DNA of 64,000 nt, taken from Tubiluchus corallicola. Taxonomy: Eukaryota; Animalia; Priapulida. Under the pieces are notes generated by a model. That model was not told where the DNA came from, ran no database searches, and saw only the letters and a list, made by a program, of their open reading frames with translations. The translations under genes were made by a program, and so were the position numbers. The first letter of the stretch is position 1, and each line of letters begins with the position of its first letter. This document shows, one piece after another, positions 21,539-35,838 of the stretch. The stretch is from assembly GCA_030141605.1 (NCBI GenBank), contig JAQGDQ010001069.1:1-64000 (forward strand), written 5' to 3'.

Positions 21539-24500
21539 ATGAAACGTTCTGCGGGCAATGACTCACCCAACACCGGGAAAACCCAAAAAGTAGAAAACAC
21601 AGACAGGGTATGTGTTCTTTCATTACAATTACTGATTTTATCATGCTGTTGTTGTTAGTGTTTTTTGGTGCTGGTGTGAGCGATACTGTGATAGCAGTGA
21701 TTACCTCTGCAGCTGCTGTTGCTGTTATGTTTATTTATTTTTACATTACGTGTACAGTTACGTAAATGGAAGTAAAACTATAAAATAATAATATAAAAAT
21801 AAAAGCTATCCTAATTAATATTACATAAAACCATGATTGCAAAGTTTGACTAGAGTTAAGAAGAAAATGAAATACATTGCAGCTAACGACAATTTATAAG
21901 TAGTTCCTTGAGTTTCATTTTAAATGTTTCATATTTTGTGATTTTACTTAATTCAGTTTTGATTGGATACTAGTTGTAATGCTTGCTTGTCCTGACTGCA
22001 AACTGTCTTGTACCAGAATTAGATTTTGCAGTAGAAATAAAAAATAAATTTGACTGTCTAGTGGTCTAAGCGATCATATTACAATTAACGTCAAACATAT
22101 TGGTCTATCGCTCTGCCGCCGCTGCAACGTAAGCACGCTCAGCAGCATTCAAGACAACAGTTCACGCAGGACAACAACTGTCTAAGCTAAACTAAACTAA
22201 ACAACATGGCAGTCACAACTAATGTCTAATCAACAGATAAACTGATTGCTCTTTTTCATAAACACACATTTTCAGAGCAGTAGCTACTTTAACACGAAAT
22301 TAACACTTCAAGTAGCCAAAAAGACTTTTCAATTTAAACAGAATGTGGAGACGAAGTTTTAAATCACTACAAAATACAGAGACATAAATATAATAAAGAA
22401 ACTAAGCCAGTTAGCCTTGCCTTACAATAAATGAGCAACAAAAATATTAAGCCTCTCTTGCCTTTAACATGCGAACATCAAGCCTGCGATGTATTTTTCT
22501 ATATTAATTGATCATGTGCTCGCCTGCAAGATTTATTAAGGTTTTGTATTTTCCTGTTTGTCAGGCTATGGAAATGGAATAAATTTGACTGTTCCATTCC
22601 ATAGACGACCCTTGTATTGAATGCCCGAGTCACATAAGTCCCAATGGCACTTTTTAACCTTGATTATAATCAGAAAAATGCATAAAATTAGCTAATATTA
22701 CATTGATGTATAAGTTTTGACCACATTTGAATTAATTTTGACTGTGAAGATCTCATTGAGGTTTATAAAAACTGGCCAGAAAAGAAAACATTTTGTTTTG
22801 TCTTTATTTAAAGTTAATTAAATAATTGCTTTATCTAACTTGCAAAGCTTTAAACTAAACTAAACTGCGTATCATCTTGATTGCAAAATGGTTTAATCAG
22901 CAACTCATAGATGTAAGCGTTGTGCATTTCTTCCTATAAACGAAACTAGACTATATATATTTCCATTAATTCACTTGCAATTTCAATTGACAATGATAAG
23001 ATCTAGAACAAGGCCAATATTGCTTCCCGCTAACTAACGAAAAGTTGAGCATTTTTCATAACAGTGTTAGACGGTGCTGTAGCTAAATGTGCCGAACGTA
23101 CCTGCTGCAGGGGTGTGTGAAATAGCTTGCATGCTAATTGGGCAGTCAACCAAAATCATTGACATTATGTTAGACATCAATTGAAATTTAGCTGATTATA
23201 GTTGTAAGTTGATTGTTCAGTTGTGACTAATATTTTGTGGAGCAAGCAAACATCAGAAAATATAGCTAATTCTCTAACTTCTAAAAGTTTCAAATTTATA
23301 GTGACGTCAGATATGTGGTCATATTTTCACCGGTACAACATGACCCTAGCTGCAAAATTTATAATCTTTTGAACTTTGTTTAAGTGAATATCTGCAGCTT
23401 TACTATATACAGCAAACAGTAGAACATATGTGGGAAAACAAATCTGTCATATCATTTGGACTAGGAAAAATTATGACTTTACATTAAAGCGACCAAATCC
23501 ACCTGTCAGTATCTAAAAAGTGATGGGTGATATTTAGGTGGCACAAATAATCATTATAGCAGTGAGTCGACAAATTGAATAGTTTGACATGTGCAGAGAA
23601 AGTTACAACATGTTACAGATTAAATATAAGGTCACAAACACCAACTTAAAAAGTAAAAATATACCGTATATCAACTTCTAAGTAACTTATATCATTACAA
23701 GATGAATTAACAGAATTTAAATAATCCCAGCTCTTTTTTGGTATGATTGGCAATACTTTTAAGTGGTGCTTGATTTCTTTCTGTGCAAGTAACATTGTTT
23801 CTTGATATCGTTTAATTATTTTATAGGGATGTCTGCATACAAAAATTTCTGATGTGCCATTTCTTAGCGATGTTGTGCTGACTATAATACCTGCCGGAAT
23901 CGGGAAGGCTCGGACAGACGTGTTCTGTCGACAGACTGAGAGATTTGGTGGGAAGTATCATGTTGGCACAATCGTTCCCGAAACACAGTATGTTGTTGTC
24001 GATGAGACGATGGATTTTGATCGACTATGTAGGATTTTACAGGTAAAACTGTAGATTGTAACTTCAGCTTCTGTTAAAAGGTCCTTCACGATTATAAACT
24101 TCGGTGTGAGTCGTGTTTCTGAGTGATGATACTGTGGTTGCCGAAGTTAAGAGCTTGGTTAGTGAATGGATAAATGATTGTCGAGTTTAATACAAGCCCT
24201 GGGCTATTTTGTTTGCTGTTCTGGTAATGGCTGTGTAACTTGTAGAGGAAGAACTTGTGAATATTCACTCTGAATGTGGCTGACATCTCCGTGGTTCAGT
24301 ATCTTGGCTTAGGGCATAAAATTTGATAAGCTGGGTGCCAGTCTCACTGCAACTATCCACCTTGAGCTGTCGTTCGTTGTCGTCAAACACTGGTTCCAGA
24401 TTCTTGCAGTTGGTCGAATTGTAGATAAATCATCTTGTTCAACCATTTGTGGATGTGAATTGCATGTGTAAAATTTTACAGGAATGATAATAAAACATAT

Positions 24501-27500
24501 TTCACATCATCTAGCAAAGCTGATAGTCCGTTTGACATAACAGCTTTAAAATGGCAGTAGAACTTTGTTAGAATTCAGAAAAGAGAATTTACATGTTACA
24601 ATGCCATTGGACTTGTTACTGTGTTTTACAAGTTTATATTAAACTGGATGAAATTACTTTTGTCATGCTACTGTGAAAACTCACAGTCAAAAATTGATTT
24701 TTACGGGTTTGTGTATATGGCAGAAAGTGACAGCTTCGGGCTGCCATCACTGGAGTGCAACACAAGCTTTTTCCTAGCCTAGGCACCTTACAGTTTCTGT
24801 CCTCTTTGTTTCAGCCATTGGATGTCCTGGAAATATATTTTTGCTTTGCACGGCTGTTTTTCTTCCTTGTTTTGATCATTTTCTTTGAGTTATTAAGAGG
24901 TTGTAACTAAAGGTAGGCAGTTGCTGTGGGAGACGTATTCCGTTCAAGAAGGGATGTGTGAAGAAAATGCCCATTTGTTTTGGTGCTAGTCTAAGGATAT
25001 ACACTGTATATCAGGTTTAAAATTTGTTCTTTCCAGTAATGATAGCTCAAAGGATTTATTTTGAATAGTAACTTTTAAACTTTTTTGAAAAAATGAGGTA
25101 CTATCTAGGTTATTAGATAGTATAATATGGTGTAATGTAGTGTAATATATTTTTATATATTCTATATTCTATGTATATATATATATATGTTCTATATATT
25201 TAAAGGTAGCCAAAAATGATGAGTTGCCGAGAAAAGTTAAAATTGTCAACACAAGATGGCTTAGTGCTTGCCTTAAAGAACGAAAATTAGTGGAGTGTCA
25301 TGAATTTGAGATTAAAAAGCCTCAAGAAATCCCAGGAACACCAAATTATGCATCGACTAATACATCTGCCGAAGGAATATCATCATCTTTGGCAACGTCC
25401 AATGTAAAAAAGTCGAAGAAGTCTGCCAAGTGCTCACAGTTATCAAACCAAAGTTCTTCGGGTTCAGAGAGGTAAGAAGTTTTTGTAGCCAAATGCGTGG
25501 TTGATGGTTTTCTATTTGTGTTTGTCAACTATCACTATTTCCTTGTTTTATGAAACTATTGCTGCTACTTGGAACTAAATTAAATTGCTTTGTTAAATAA
25601 TTTTTCTCGGAAGTGGTGCTGACAAGCCATTGCCATAGCAGTGTCTACGCTTTTGCTGGATTACTGCTGTGTTTACCTGTCTTGGGAGCATTTCTAATAC
25701 ATTAATTTATGCTCTATATTTTTATTTGTAATCATGACTTTCTATTCATTTTTATGTAAATTTTAACCTATAAATTTTAATTCATAACTATTTTAACTAT
25801 TTTTACTGTAAACCATAACTGTTAATTTTTGTTCAGTATCATATGTAGCCATTTCTTACATTGTAACTGCATAATTATTTTTATTGTGATTGATTGTGTG
25901 ATTTTTTATCTCATTTAAGTTCATTGTAAAAGCACTGAGATCTTCAGATGGTGTGCGTTTTTAAGATTAAGCTATTATTATTATTATTATTATTAATTTT
26001 ATTTGAATCTGGTATTACAGTAAAATGCATGACACTCCTATCAGTTTATGTAATTTTTAATTAATAGAGTTTTTTTATAATTAAGTGAAGAGGCTGCTGA
26101 GACATGCAATAAAGATCGACACAGTGAGCCTGGCGATGGTAACTCTCAAGCCAGACAAAAACCAGTGAGTATATTTTAATTTATTTGATGAAACTGGCAT
26201 GCCATCCATGCATTTGGTAAAATGTCGGGAGTTTTTTTTTGTGAATACTGTAGCCAGCACTTACAACAAGATGTACACTTACTGTGTAAGTTCAGTAACC
26301 AGTTGTTACCATGACCAGTATTTTATATGGTTAGGACGTGTTCACGCAACAGACCAGTAGAAGGCAGTCAATACTACGTAGCATCATTCTTCATGTATAA
26401 CAAGTAAATATTATATGAGAACAAGTTACTGTGCTACTTTCTCATTATAATTTTTTTGCATAGTGACATGAGAAATGCTGTACCTCTCTAGGTATAAACA
26501 TTAACGCTGAAATAATTAAACTGTTATTTTTCATTTGTTTGAGCCGTTCATCTGTTGCATTGTAAAATAAGCTATAGCAAATTCTACTTATTTGGAAATG
26601 TGTTGACAGTAAGATAATTATTTATTCCTGCTATCCCTACATGGGTAGTCCAGCGTTTTGCCATAAATGCAACTTTATTCACTCAACTTTTTTTACAGAA
26701 AGGAATTTGGGTTTGCGCCAGGTCTTCGACTGACCAGTTAGCTGTCAACCACAACCAACGTATTACAGACAAGTTAGAGGTTTGTATAATGAAGTTAGTG
26801 CTACACTGCCAACTGAACCATACAACTGACAGTCAATTCAACCATTCAACTGGTAATCACCTGAACCATACAACTGACAGTCAATTCTACCATACAACTG
26901 GTAATCAACTGAACCATACAACTGACAGTCAATTCTACCATACAACTGGTAATCAACTGAACCATACAACTGGTAATCAACTAACCATAAAACTGGTAAA
27001 CAACTAACCATACAACTGGTAATCAACTAACCACACAACTGACAGTCAGTTCAACCATACAACTGGTAATCAACTAACCACACAACTGACAGTCAATTCT
27101 ACCATACAACTGGAAATCAACTAACCATACAACTGGTAATCAACTAACCATAAAACTGGTAAACAACTAACCATACAACTGGTAATCAACTAACCACACA
27201 ACTGACAGTCAGTTCAACCATACAACTGGTAATCAACTAACCATAAAACTGGTAAATAACTAACCACACAACTGACAGTCAGTTCAACCATACAACTGGT
27301 AATCAACTAACCATACAACTGACAGTCAGTTCAACCATACAACTGGTAATCAACTAACCATACAACTGACAGTCAGTTCAACCATACAACTGGTAATCAA
27401 CTAACCTCACAACTGACAGTCAGTTCAACCATACAACTGGTAATCACCTGAACCATACAACTGACAGTCAGTTCTATCATACAACTTAATGTATATAGTG

Positions 27501-30500
27501 TATGCTTTGTAAAGTGTCAATCTCAATGAAATCTTTCTATTTGAAAACTTGAACATTTGAAAAATGGTATACCTGTCAAGTTGATTGTGAAACTGAAATT
27601 GAACTAACGACACTTAATTATAGTTGAGTAGTTATAGTTATACTGTTTAAAAATTAGATGGAAATTGTTCAATTTCTTGTTGAACACAAATCTTGTCAAA
27701 ATTTTGTTAGCAATTTGAATTGGCTTTGTCACATACCAGTTTGTTATGTTTCAGCACTTATGTATGACTTCAACATAATTACATGTCAGCTTGCTAGTTT
27801 GGCCTAGCATCCTGGTGTCCATTTCGTTTTGACCCTCATTTAACTCCTGACATTGTTTGCATTGTTAGTACACCATGTAAAATTATTTGCAGTCTAACAA
27901 AATGATATTATTATTTATTACAGTCAAACCTCGTTATAATGTCAGGTCTGTGAAACCACTAAATTTGGTGCTATAGCTTGGTTGGCGTTAAGACGAGGTT
28001 CATTAAATATAAAAGCCATTCAGTTGTGTAGCCTCTATTTTGTTTCCTAGTTAATTTTAATACATGGTAAATAGTATAATAATATTATTATTATACATAC
28101 AACAAATGTGTTATGCTGTGTATTTTTGCTGCATTAACAGGTGTAGTTCTACAGAGGTACCTTGCGAAACTTTTATGTAACACAGTACTGAAAAGCAGTC
28201 ATGTGGAAATTAGCCAACTACTGATAAGAGAAATATCCACGCACGTGACCCACGCTCCCAACATAACATTACTGGATAATTAAAACTATAGATTGCTACC
28301 CTACATAACTTGACCTTGAACTTTAACAGCTGGTAAATTCACCTCAGTATAAACGGTACTGAACCTTAGTTTAGTTAGCTACGCAACTCTTGTACTCTTA
28401 AAATACATGCTCCTTGCTCAAAACATTCACTTTCATACAGTCACCTTCTACAAAACATGAATCTAAACCCAGCAAGACCAATATTGTTTTTCTGTTCAGA
28501 TGACATTATTTTAACAAGTGACTTTGTCTTGGCTGGCATTATAACAGGATAGATTTATTATGTAAAACAGACTTTTGGCACAACAGGTACGTTGGCAGAT
28601 GGCACTAGGCGAGGTTGGCGGTATTCCCTATATTTAATGTATTATGGAAATTTGGACAGGGCAAAAGCTGGCATTATGGCGAGGTTGGCGTTATAACGGG
28701 GTGTTGGGGGGGTATAACGAGGTTTGACTATACTGAATTATCGACACTAAACAATGATAATCAGCCGTGAAGCTGTATGCATATATTTCCTAATATTTAT
28801 TGAATTGAAAAAAATCATAGTTTAAGCATAAAAAATAACTTTAATGACGATGATGCCGAGGTAGAGAGAGCATAAGTGCTCAAATATGCAAACTTAATTA
28901 TTACTTGGAAGTTCAAATGTACCTTGTTAATCAAATAAGCAAAAATATTTGTTACGTAGTTAAGTTTTGAAATCCTAGTTGTTGTGTGGGAGCATGGCTT
29001 CTGTGAAACTGCTGAGCCCGTAACTGTCATACTTTTGGTAACCGATGATGTTTTTCTGCAATGAATTTTGTAGAGTATGCAGCATGCATTCTACTAAAAT
29101 TGACATGAAATGTTCAGTTTTTGGAAAGCCATTCACGCAAATAAGTATTTGAATCAGACCCTTCATTGGCAAATAATAAAACTCATCATAATGCAAAATT
29201 CTTACTTTTATGAGGAAAAGTAGTTTTACTATATTGTACATATACTAGTTAGTAAAGTGAATTTATTTTTAGATGTTGGCAAAGACGTATAAAAACACCA
29301 AGGACAGTTGGAGAGCTCTCGCTTACCAAAAAGCCATTACAGCATTGAAGGCCTATAACAAGCCAATAGAAAGCTGGAAAGTATGTGGACATTACTTGAT
29401 TTCATATCTGTAATTTTAGTAATCTGTTGACATTTTAATAAACCTGTGTTAACGCCGTACAACATGGGTGGGAAATGTTTTGATTTAAGACTCTTATTTA
29501 TAGACAAGAAATTAAAAAATCAATTCCTTGTCCTTTAAATTAATATCTAGATGATTGAGGAAGTGAATAATAAGTGAAAAATATGAATGAATTAGTAGAT
29601 TAAATTGACTGAATGTTCAGTAAAGGCAGCCATTTGGTAAATGAATGAAACAAATAAAAGGATATAATCTGAAAGTGCTGTGGATATGCGTCATGAATTT
29701 CCAGCTTGTATTTTATATATCTGCTGCATGTAGGAAGCCCACTCATTGACTGGGGTAGGAAAAAAGATGGCAGACAAAATCTGGGAAATCGTGGAGAGTG
29801 GCAGTCTGCGGAAGCTGGATAATGTCATGAGTGATGAGAGGACAACTATTATAAACTTGTTTAATGATGTATGGGGTGCAGGCCCTTCAACTGCCGAAAA
29901 ATGGGTGGCAATGGTGCGTATTGATAACTCTGACTTTTTTCTTAAGTTTTTTTATTTCGAAATTCAAATATGTAAGTTTTGCATTTGTTTTTTTATGGTT
30001 GTAAACATAAACAGTGCTGTAAGTCCATTTCAACCATAGTGTATATTGTAGAAAATTAGGAAATTTTGTTTATCTTTGCTGTACTTCTAGCATTTGCAAT
30101 TCATTTGCAACAAACTGCAGGTGCTGAATAACAGTATCCTAAGTACCAGGTCTAAATAGTAAAAACAAAAGTGAGACAAATACATCTTGCCTAGATACTT
30201 GTTGTCTCATCAACAGCTTATATTTCTAGTATCATTTTTACAATACCGGGGGCCTCTCTACCACAAGGCAAACATGGCAGTTGCGTAGGGTGCCAAATTC
30301 TGAAAGTAGTTCTTTGATTTTTAAATTTAGCATAAGTAATAACATGGCGTATGTGTAATTACTTAAGTGCCCAACACTTACATTAAATGAAACGAATTAC
30401 TTGCATTATTTTCCTGTCAAAGGGTATGATTCACCGATGCTAGCAAGTGTCTTCCTGCAGCAAAACACTCGACTTTTGCTTTATCTGGTTTCCTTTATGA

Positions 30501-33500
30501 AGTCATTTCACTCTGACACTACTTATGCGTGCTTTTCCCTGCAAATTCTATTGTATGCATAGAGTGGCAGAGCTATGTAAAATGCCTATAGTAAAGATAT
30601 TTCCATTAATAAAAAAATGATCTAATAGCATTTACCTAATTGTGGCTGACAAACCTATAAGAATCAAAGTCTTCAGGAGTTGAATACAGGAAACAAAAGG
30701 TTAAAAAGGTGACAGACATTGAACAGCAAAGACTGTCGCTGGTGAAGTATTTGCAACCAGACCAGTCCAGAGTTATAGTTGTGCAGATGATTAAGGTAGT
30801 GAAATAAATGTATGAAAAAGAGGAGTTAAGGCTTTAAAACTTTCTAATGAAAAGGCTGAGAGAAGATCTAGTCAAGAGCAGCAGAACTTATAGAAATATG
30901 ATTGTTTCTGAAGACTCTGGGACGTATAATGGGTTTTTAAAATCAATTTCAATCAACCAGAAGCTGCAGATAGGTAATAAGCTACACCTAATTAGTGCAC
31001 TATAATACATGTATAAGCCTAATACACAGCTAATCTTTATTATAATATTATACAAGAAAAAAATAATTTTTTGTTTCTTGTGGGATCCCTGGGGTAATGT
31101 TTGACCGTTGCGGAGGAGCTGCTAAAAATGCTTTTGCAAAGGGCATCAGACTAGACTAGCTGGCCCTGTACTATACAAGTTTTAATTTCAGTTCCCAGTC
31201 TGACTTCACATTGACAAAGATTCATTTACTTATAAAATTGCTGGTTCGACAATTGCTATATCAAAGTCACTCTATTCTAACTTCTGAAGCCAATTATTTT
31301 CTCGCTTTTACTTTTTTTAATTTAGCTTATTGACACATTGTGACTGAAACTATATTTTAATAAATTAGATGTCATATAAGAACAAGTTACTAATAAATGT
31401 TGGTATGCTCGTGATCTTTTTGCAAAAATCACAAAACTGACATAAATTGTGACATCACACTTAATGTTGCTATGTAAAGTGCCTCAAATTATTTTGTGGA
31501 TATTGAACTGCAGTGCAATACAGTGCAGTGTTATACACTTTAGTGATAATTTAAGCGTGCCTTCAGTAGCATAGTTGCCACATATGTTAAGAGTATCTAG
31601 ATAACCCACATTTTTTCGGTTTTTAGGGCTGCAAGACTTTGGAAGATGTGCAAAGACTGGCTAGTCCTAATCGTCAGCAGCAGGTCGGATTGAAGCATTT
31701 TCATGACTTTCTTGACAGAATGCCCAGAGTAGAAGCAGCTGAAATTGAGCAAACTGTAAGTTGTTTCATTTCTGTTATATTTTTAACATTTGGTGATATA
31801 TTGTGTGTCATTTTAATTTTACTGAATATTAACTTTTACGTTATGTTACAAATGGGGTACATTTTTCTTGTCAAAAACTTCTATAGTATGACCTCTGAGT
31901 TTGAATAATGGCGACATCTTCTGCGGAAGTGTTGTTTTTGACATTATTGTTTTTACATGTGTATGTACCATTATTTGAAGAAAAATTAAAAAAGATAATT
32001 GCTTCACTTCTAAATAGAAATGTTCTTCTAAAGCTAAACAGAAATAGCTGTACTGTTAGGTACCTGCATTTTCTATCTTTCTAGGTAAGGACCTATGCGA
32101 TTTTTATGCCTACTGAGATGAGCAGATTTCGCTTTTATTGTTATAGTTTGCCAGTGCTTCTTGGTACTGTTGTCATATAACTTATAGTTTAAATGGACGA
32201 AATATTTAGTTGACAAGTATTTTTTGTCTGCTGTGATCAAAATACGATTAAATACTTTATTCTATATACTGTATTATTATATTTATAATTACTTGCTTAG
32301 TATACTTATCACTTAGTTGTTTCGATGCCGGGAGGCGCATAAAGCCGTTACACTCTTCCTCCAAACCGTTTTGCCTATTGCCACTGCTTTCGCCTCTCTC
32401 TGCGTACATTACAATATAAAATTAGCAATGATGCCTATCTTCTTTAACAGGAAGAAAAAATGGAAGGTTTGCACGACTAGTAATTTGAAAGGAATTTAAA
32501 TGTACCATTCTGTAACACTTACAAACAAAACAAAACAATAAAATGCCAAGTTTATTTACAACACTGAGGGTGTGAAAAACACGTGACTATTTTTGCATTG
32601 TGCAGGTGAAAGATGCTGCAGCTGTCATAGAAAAAGGTATCATTGCTCAAGCTTGTGGATCATATCGACGAGGGAAGCTGACATGTGGGGACGTTGATGT
32701 GCTCATTACTCATCCAGATGGGAAATCTCAGCAGAAAATATTTCCAAAAATAATAGATGACCTACACAAAACAGGTGAGGCAAAGGTATTGATAATTGTG
32801 ACTGCTATAAAAGTTTTTCTAGTTTTCTTTTATAGAGGTGTTAATATACATACATCATGCGTTTTCATCAATGAATGCACATTTTTGTGTAGTATAGCTT
32901 GGAAAGTTAAAAGCATTTAATGGTGGTGTTACCTTTCACTTGTAGTTGTCTAAATAGATTTGTTAATAAAGAAAACTCTGTTTTGTAGGCTTTTTGACAG
33001 ATGACCTTGTTACAACCCATGAAGGAAATCAACAAAAGTACTTGGGTGTGTGTAGGCTTCCTGGCGAGCAACGTAAAGTAAGCACGAATAATAGGATTTA
33101 AATTTGTGTTCAGGACACCATTTTTGATTGTTTTTACTTTATCATTCACCAAGTTAACTTAGTTGCTTATTTTCAAACTTTCATTAACAATTTAAGCCAT
33201 TCTCATTAAGTTGGTTTTTCTGTTTTTTTTTGTGTTGGAGGATGCAGGCATTCTGATGTTGACTACTACTAGCAAAACATCTTAATTGCTTTGCACACAA
33301 TATGATACAGCCTGATGATACGCTAACGTAGACGCTCTCATCGGCCTGGGAGGGGAAAACGATGGACCACCAGCTGTGGAGAATAAATAACAACAGGTTG
33401 TGTTCGCTTTTGGGAGTACAAGGAGAACACAACCAGTATATTTATATTCCCTTTTAGTGTCAAGTCCCAATTTTATCCCATACATCATTTGTGTGTAATC

Positions 33501-34772
33501 CCGATTTTATCACATACATCATTTGTGTGTAATATTTGGAGAGAGATGCAAACTGCAAAACATGCAGGTTGCATGTTTGTTGCCTTAGAATTTGATAGTT
33601 TATAACAGATATCACTGTTTTGTACATTTTAGCATCGTCGCCTTGACATCATTGTTGTACCATATGAGGAATACGCCTGTGCTTTGCTGTACTTCACTGG
33701 GTCTGCTCACTTTAACAGATCAATGAGACTGCTGGCAAAAAGGATGGGCATGACGTTATCAGAACATTCACTCAACACTGGTGTGGTCCGGAAAGTAAGA
33801 AAACTGTTGTTTAAAGCATATTGCTTTGCGTTTTGCAGGCACAAAATGTGTGTTTGCCTGTATTTGTATTTGTTTAATGGGATGAGTATTCTCGTCCCAT
33901 TATGATAGTAAATTTTCTGATTAACAAATATCTCCGTGCTATCAACACGTGAATAGGTGTGGTCTATTCCAAATACTTATTACACCTTAAAGTAGCACAG
34001 TTGTTCCAGCAGTTTGCATGCACATGATTGTCTTTTTCATTATTTGGTATAATGTATAGAATGATCAGAATCATGTTCAGAATCATTATTCAAAATGACC
34101 CTTTTCACAGTTTCATTGTGCGCAGGTGCAGTTGCTGCAGGTCAAAGGTTAAGTGCGCCACAGCGTCTTAACAGCAACCATCACATGACGTGTGGGTAAA
34201 GCAAATCAGTTTGCCACATCAGTTCAGTAACGTCAGTTGATTTTCGTGGACTTTACTGAATTACTCATTAATCTGTGAGCAGAGTGATTTACTAGCAGGA
34301 TCTTGCTTGGGAACAAGAAAAAATGAACTAGGTGAGGTTCTAGCTAGCTATTAAAACATGTTAAAACTGCTACTGTTACAATATCTTGCGCTGCGAGGTA
34401 TTGTTAAGTGTACACTAACGCATTGTCTGGTTCACTTAACCTTTGACCTTTTCGAGATCATCAATCACTGGAACTGTGAAAATTCACGCTTTGAATATTT
34501 TCTTTACACTTAAATAATTGAGAAATCCAAATTCTATAGAGAAAATTCTAAAGAGCATTGGTAATCAATTGTTAAGTTGTTGTGCAGAAAAATATCTATT
34601 CTTGCAGGGAAATGAAAAGGTGTATGGTGGACACCCACTAAAAACTCCCACAGAAGAGTCGGTGTTTCACCACCTTGGGCTGGAGTTCAAAGAACCAGAG
34701 GAAAGAGACCATTACGATCTGAAATTCAAATCTTCAAATTTTCATGATTCCGGCAAAGAAGAATCTAGCTAA
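21539..34772 (+). CDS. POLL: DNA polymerase lambda (family X), 12 coding exons, 570 aa
   Basis: Exons 21539-21607, 23827-24042, 25206-25471, 26086-26164, 26699-26779, 29273-29380, 29734-29913, 31627-31755, 32606-32774, 32989-33077, 33633-33794 and 34608-34772; GT-AG, in frame, 1713 nt. BRCT domain (GIGKAR...VVVDETMD...WLSACL), lyase domain ([15 protein letters not shown]; [11 protein letters not shown]; GVGKKMADK), catalytic [21 protein letters not shown] and HRRLDI, and the lambda-type [13 protein letters not shown]. Exons 1 and 4 are the least certain. Confidence 0.96.
26810..27486. repeat. Minisatellite of alternating 23-24-bp units in POLL intron 5
   Basis: Shared core ACCAYACAACT followed by GGTAATCAACTA (type A) or GACAGTCAGTTCA (type B); roughly 28 units, often as AB dimers of 47-48 bp. 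Confidence 0.95.
27921..28730. mobile_element. pogo/Tc1-mariner-type MITE
   Basis: Terminal inverted repeats CAGTCAAACCTCGTTATA / TATAACGAGGTTTGACT(A), flanked by TA on both sides, with subterminal gcgaggttggcg repeats. Confidence 0.88.
30247..31168. mobile_element. Non-autonomous hAT element in POLL intron 7
   Basis: Ends cgggggcctctc and gctggccctg resemble CAGGGCC-type hAT termini. Flanks tacaatac (30239-30246) and tactatac (31169-31176) match at 7 of 8 positions. Confidence 0.7.
33987..34514. mobile_element. TTAA-flanked non-autonomous DNA element (Kolobok-like) in the last POLL intron
   Basis: Begins ttaaagtagcaca and ends tttacacttaa. The interior is homologous to 570-672 and more weakly, inverted, to ~43530-43562. 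The superfamily is inferred. Confidence 0.5.
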
Positions 34773-35395
34773 CAGAGGACAAATACCATTGCGGCATAAA
34801 TATTTTGCCAGTATATCTGACAGTTAATCAAGTTGTTATAAACTCGGCAATTATGACACCTAAAATATAAATGTAACTTGAAAAATTAGCTATCTGTATG
34901 TATGGTGAAGATTGAAAAAGAGTTAAGATAATTTTATAAGTAGTTTAAACAACTTTAGACTTGTGTCCAGGCCAAATAGCCAAATTACTCAAATATATAA
35001 TTACCAACTTATAATATAGCAACTTAAAAACTTTTACAACAAAAAAATAGCTTTTAGTTATGGTAATTGCTTGAATTTAACATTCCAAAATGAGTTAATC
35101 ACCAGATTTATGTTTAGTGTTCATTACCAGATTTACGTTTAGATGTTCATTACTAGATTTATGTTGTTTTAGAATTGTCCATATTTGAAACAACCTAAAC
35201 AGTATACAATAAGCTTGAAAAGCACTAAAATTTCGACAAAAGCTAGTTATCAAAGCTTGCTTAATGTGCTTCATTAATTTGCAAGATCATTCATCATCAG
35301 TCACAGTGTTTGATAAATTGTTATTGCAAAATTTGTGTAATCATAGCTGTGCCGTAAAAATGTCAATACTTATCATACACACAAGAACAGATATA

Positions 35396-35838
35396 CCGTA
35401 TATACTTATGTACACGTCGAATTTTTAGGAGGCAATTTTAAGGTGAAATTTTTGGGGTCGACTTATACTTATTTATACTTATACTTTATATTTATATTTA
35501 TACTTATTTATACTTTGAAGTCGACTTATATGTTTTTTGGAGATGTCGCTAAAGAGTCGTCTACAATACGAATATGTAAATGTGACATTTCAGGTATGGG
35601 TTTTTAGTTTTAAGTGAAAAATCGGTGACTGAAATGTTACGCCATATCCTGGCTGCGATATCCTAGGGTTAAAGGCACTACAAACAATTACAAGCCATTG
35701 ATGACATCATCTACTCTGGAAGTTCTTGATATTTTATGGTCGGCTTGTACACAGGTAATATATAAAATGATGCAATTTTTGGTCTTAAAATGCACATCCA
35801 GTTGTACGTAAGGCCAACTTGTACACACGTATATACGG
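35396..35838. mobile_element. pogo/Tigger-like MITE between the POLL and AUP1 3' ends
   Basis: ta|CCGTATATAC.T.TGTACA ... TGTACACACGTATATACGG|ta: inverted termini with TA duplication and internal gtcgacttata repeats. Confidence 0.85.

Noticed and set aside
26810-27486. CRISPR-like array of short repeats
   Set aside because: The intervening sequences are themselves two recurring variants rather than unique spacers, there are no cas genes, and the array is in a eukaryotic intron. It is a minisatellite.
33311-33360. Intact hammerhead ribozyme or C/D snoRNA starting at CTGATGA
   Set aside because: The stem II hairpin is followed by GACG rather than GAAA, no stem III was found, and there is no downstream D box (CTGA) at a suitable distance.
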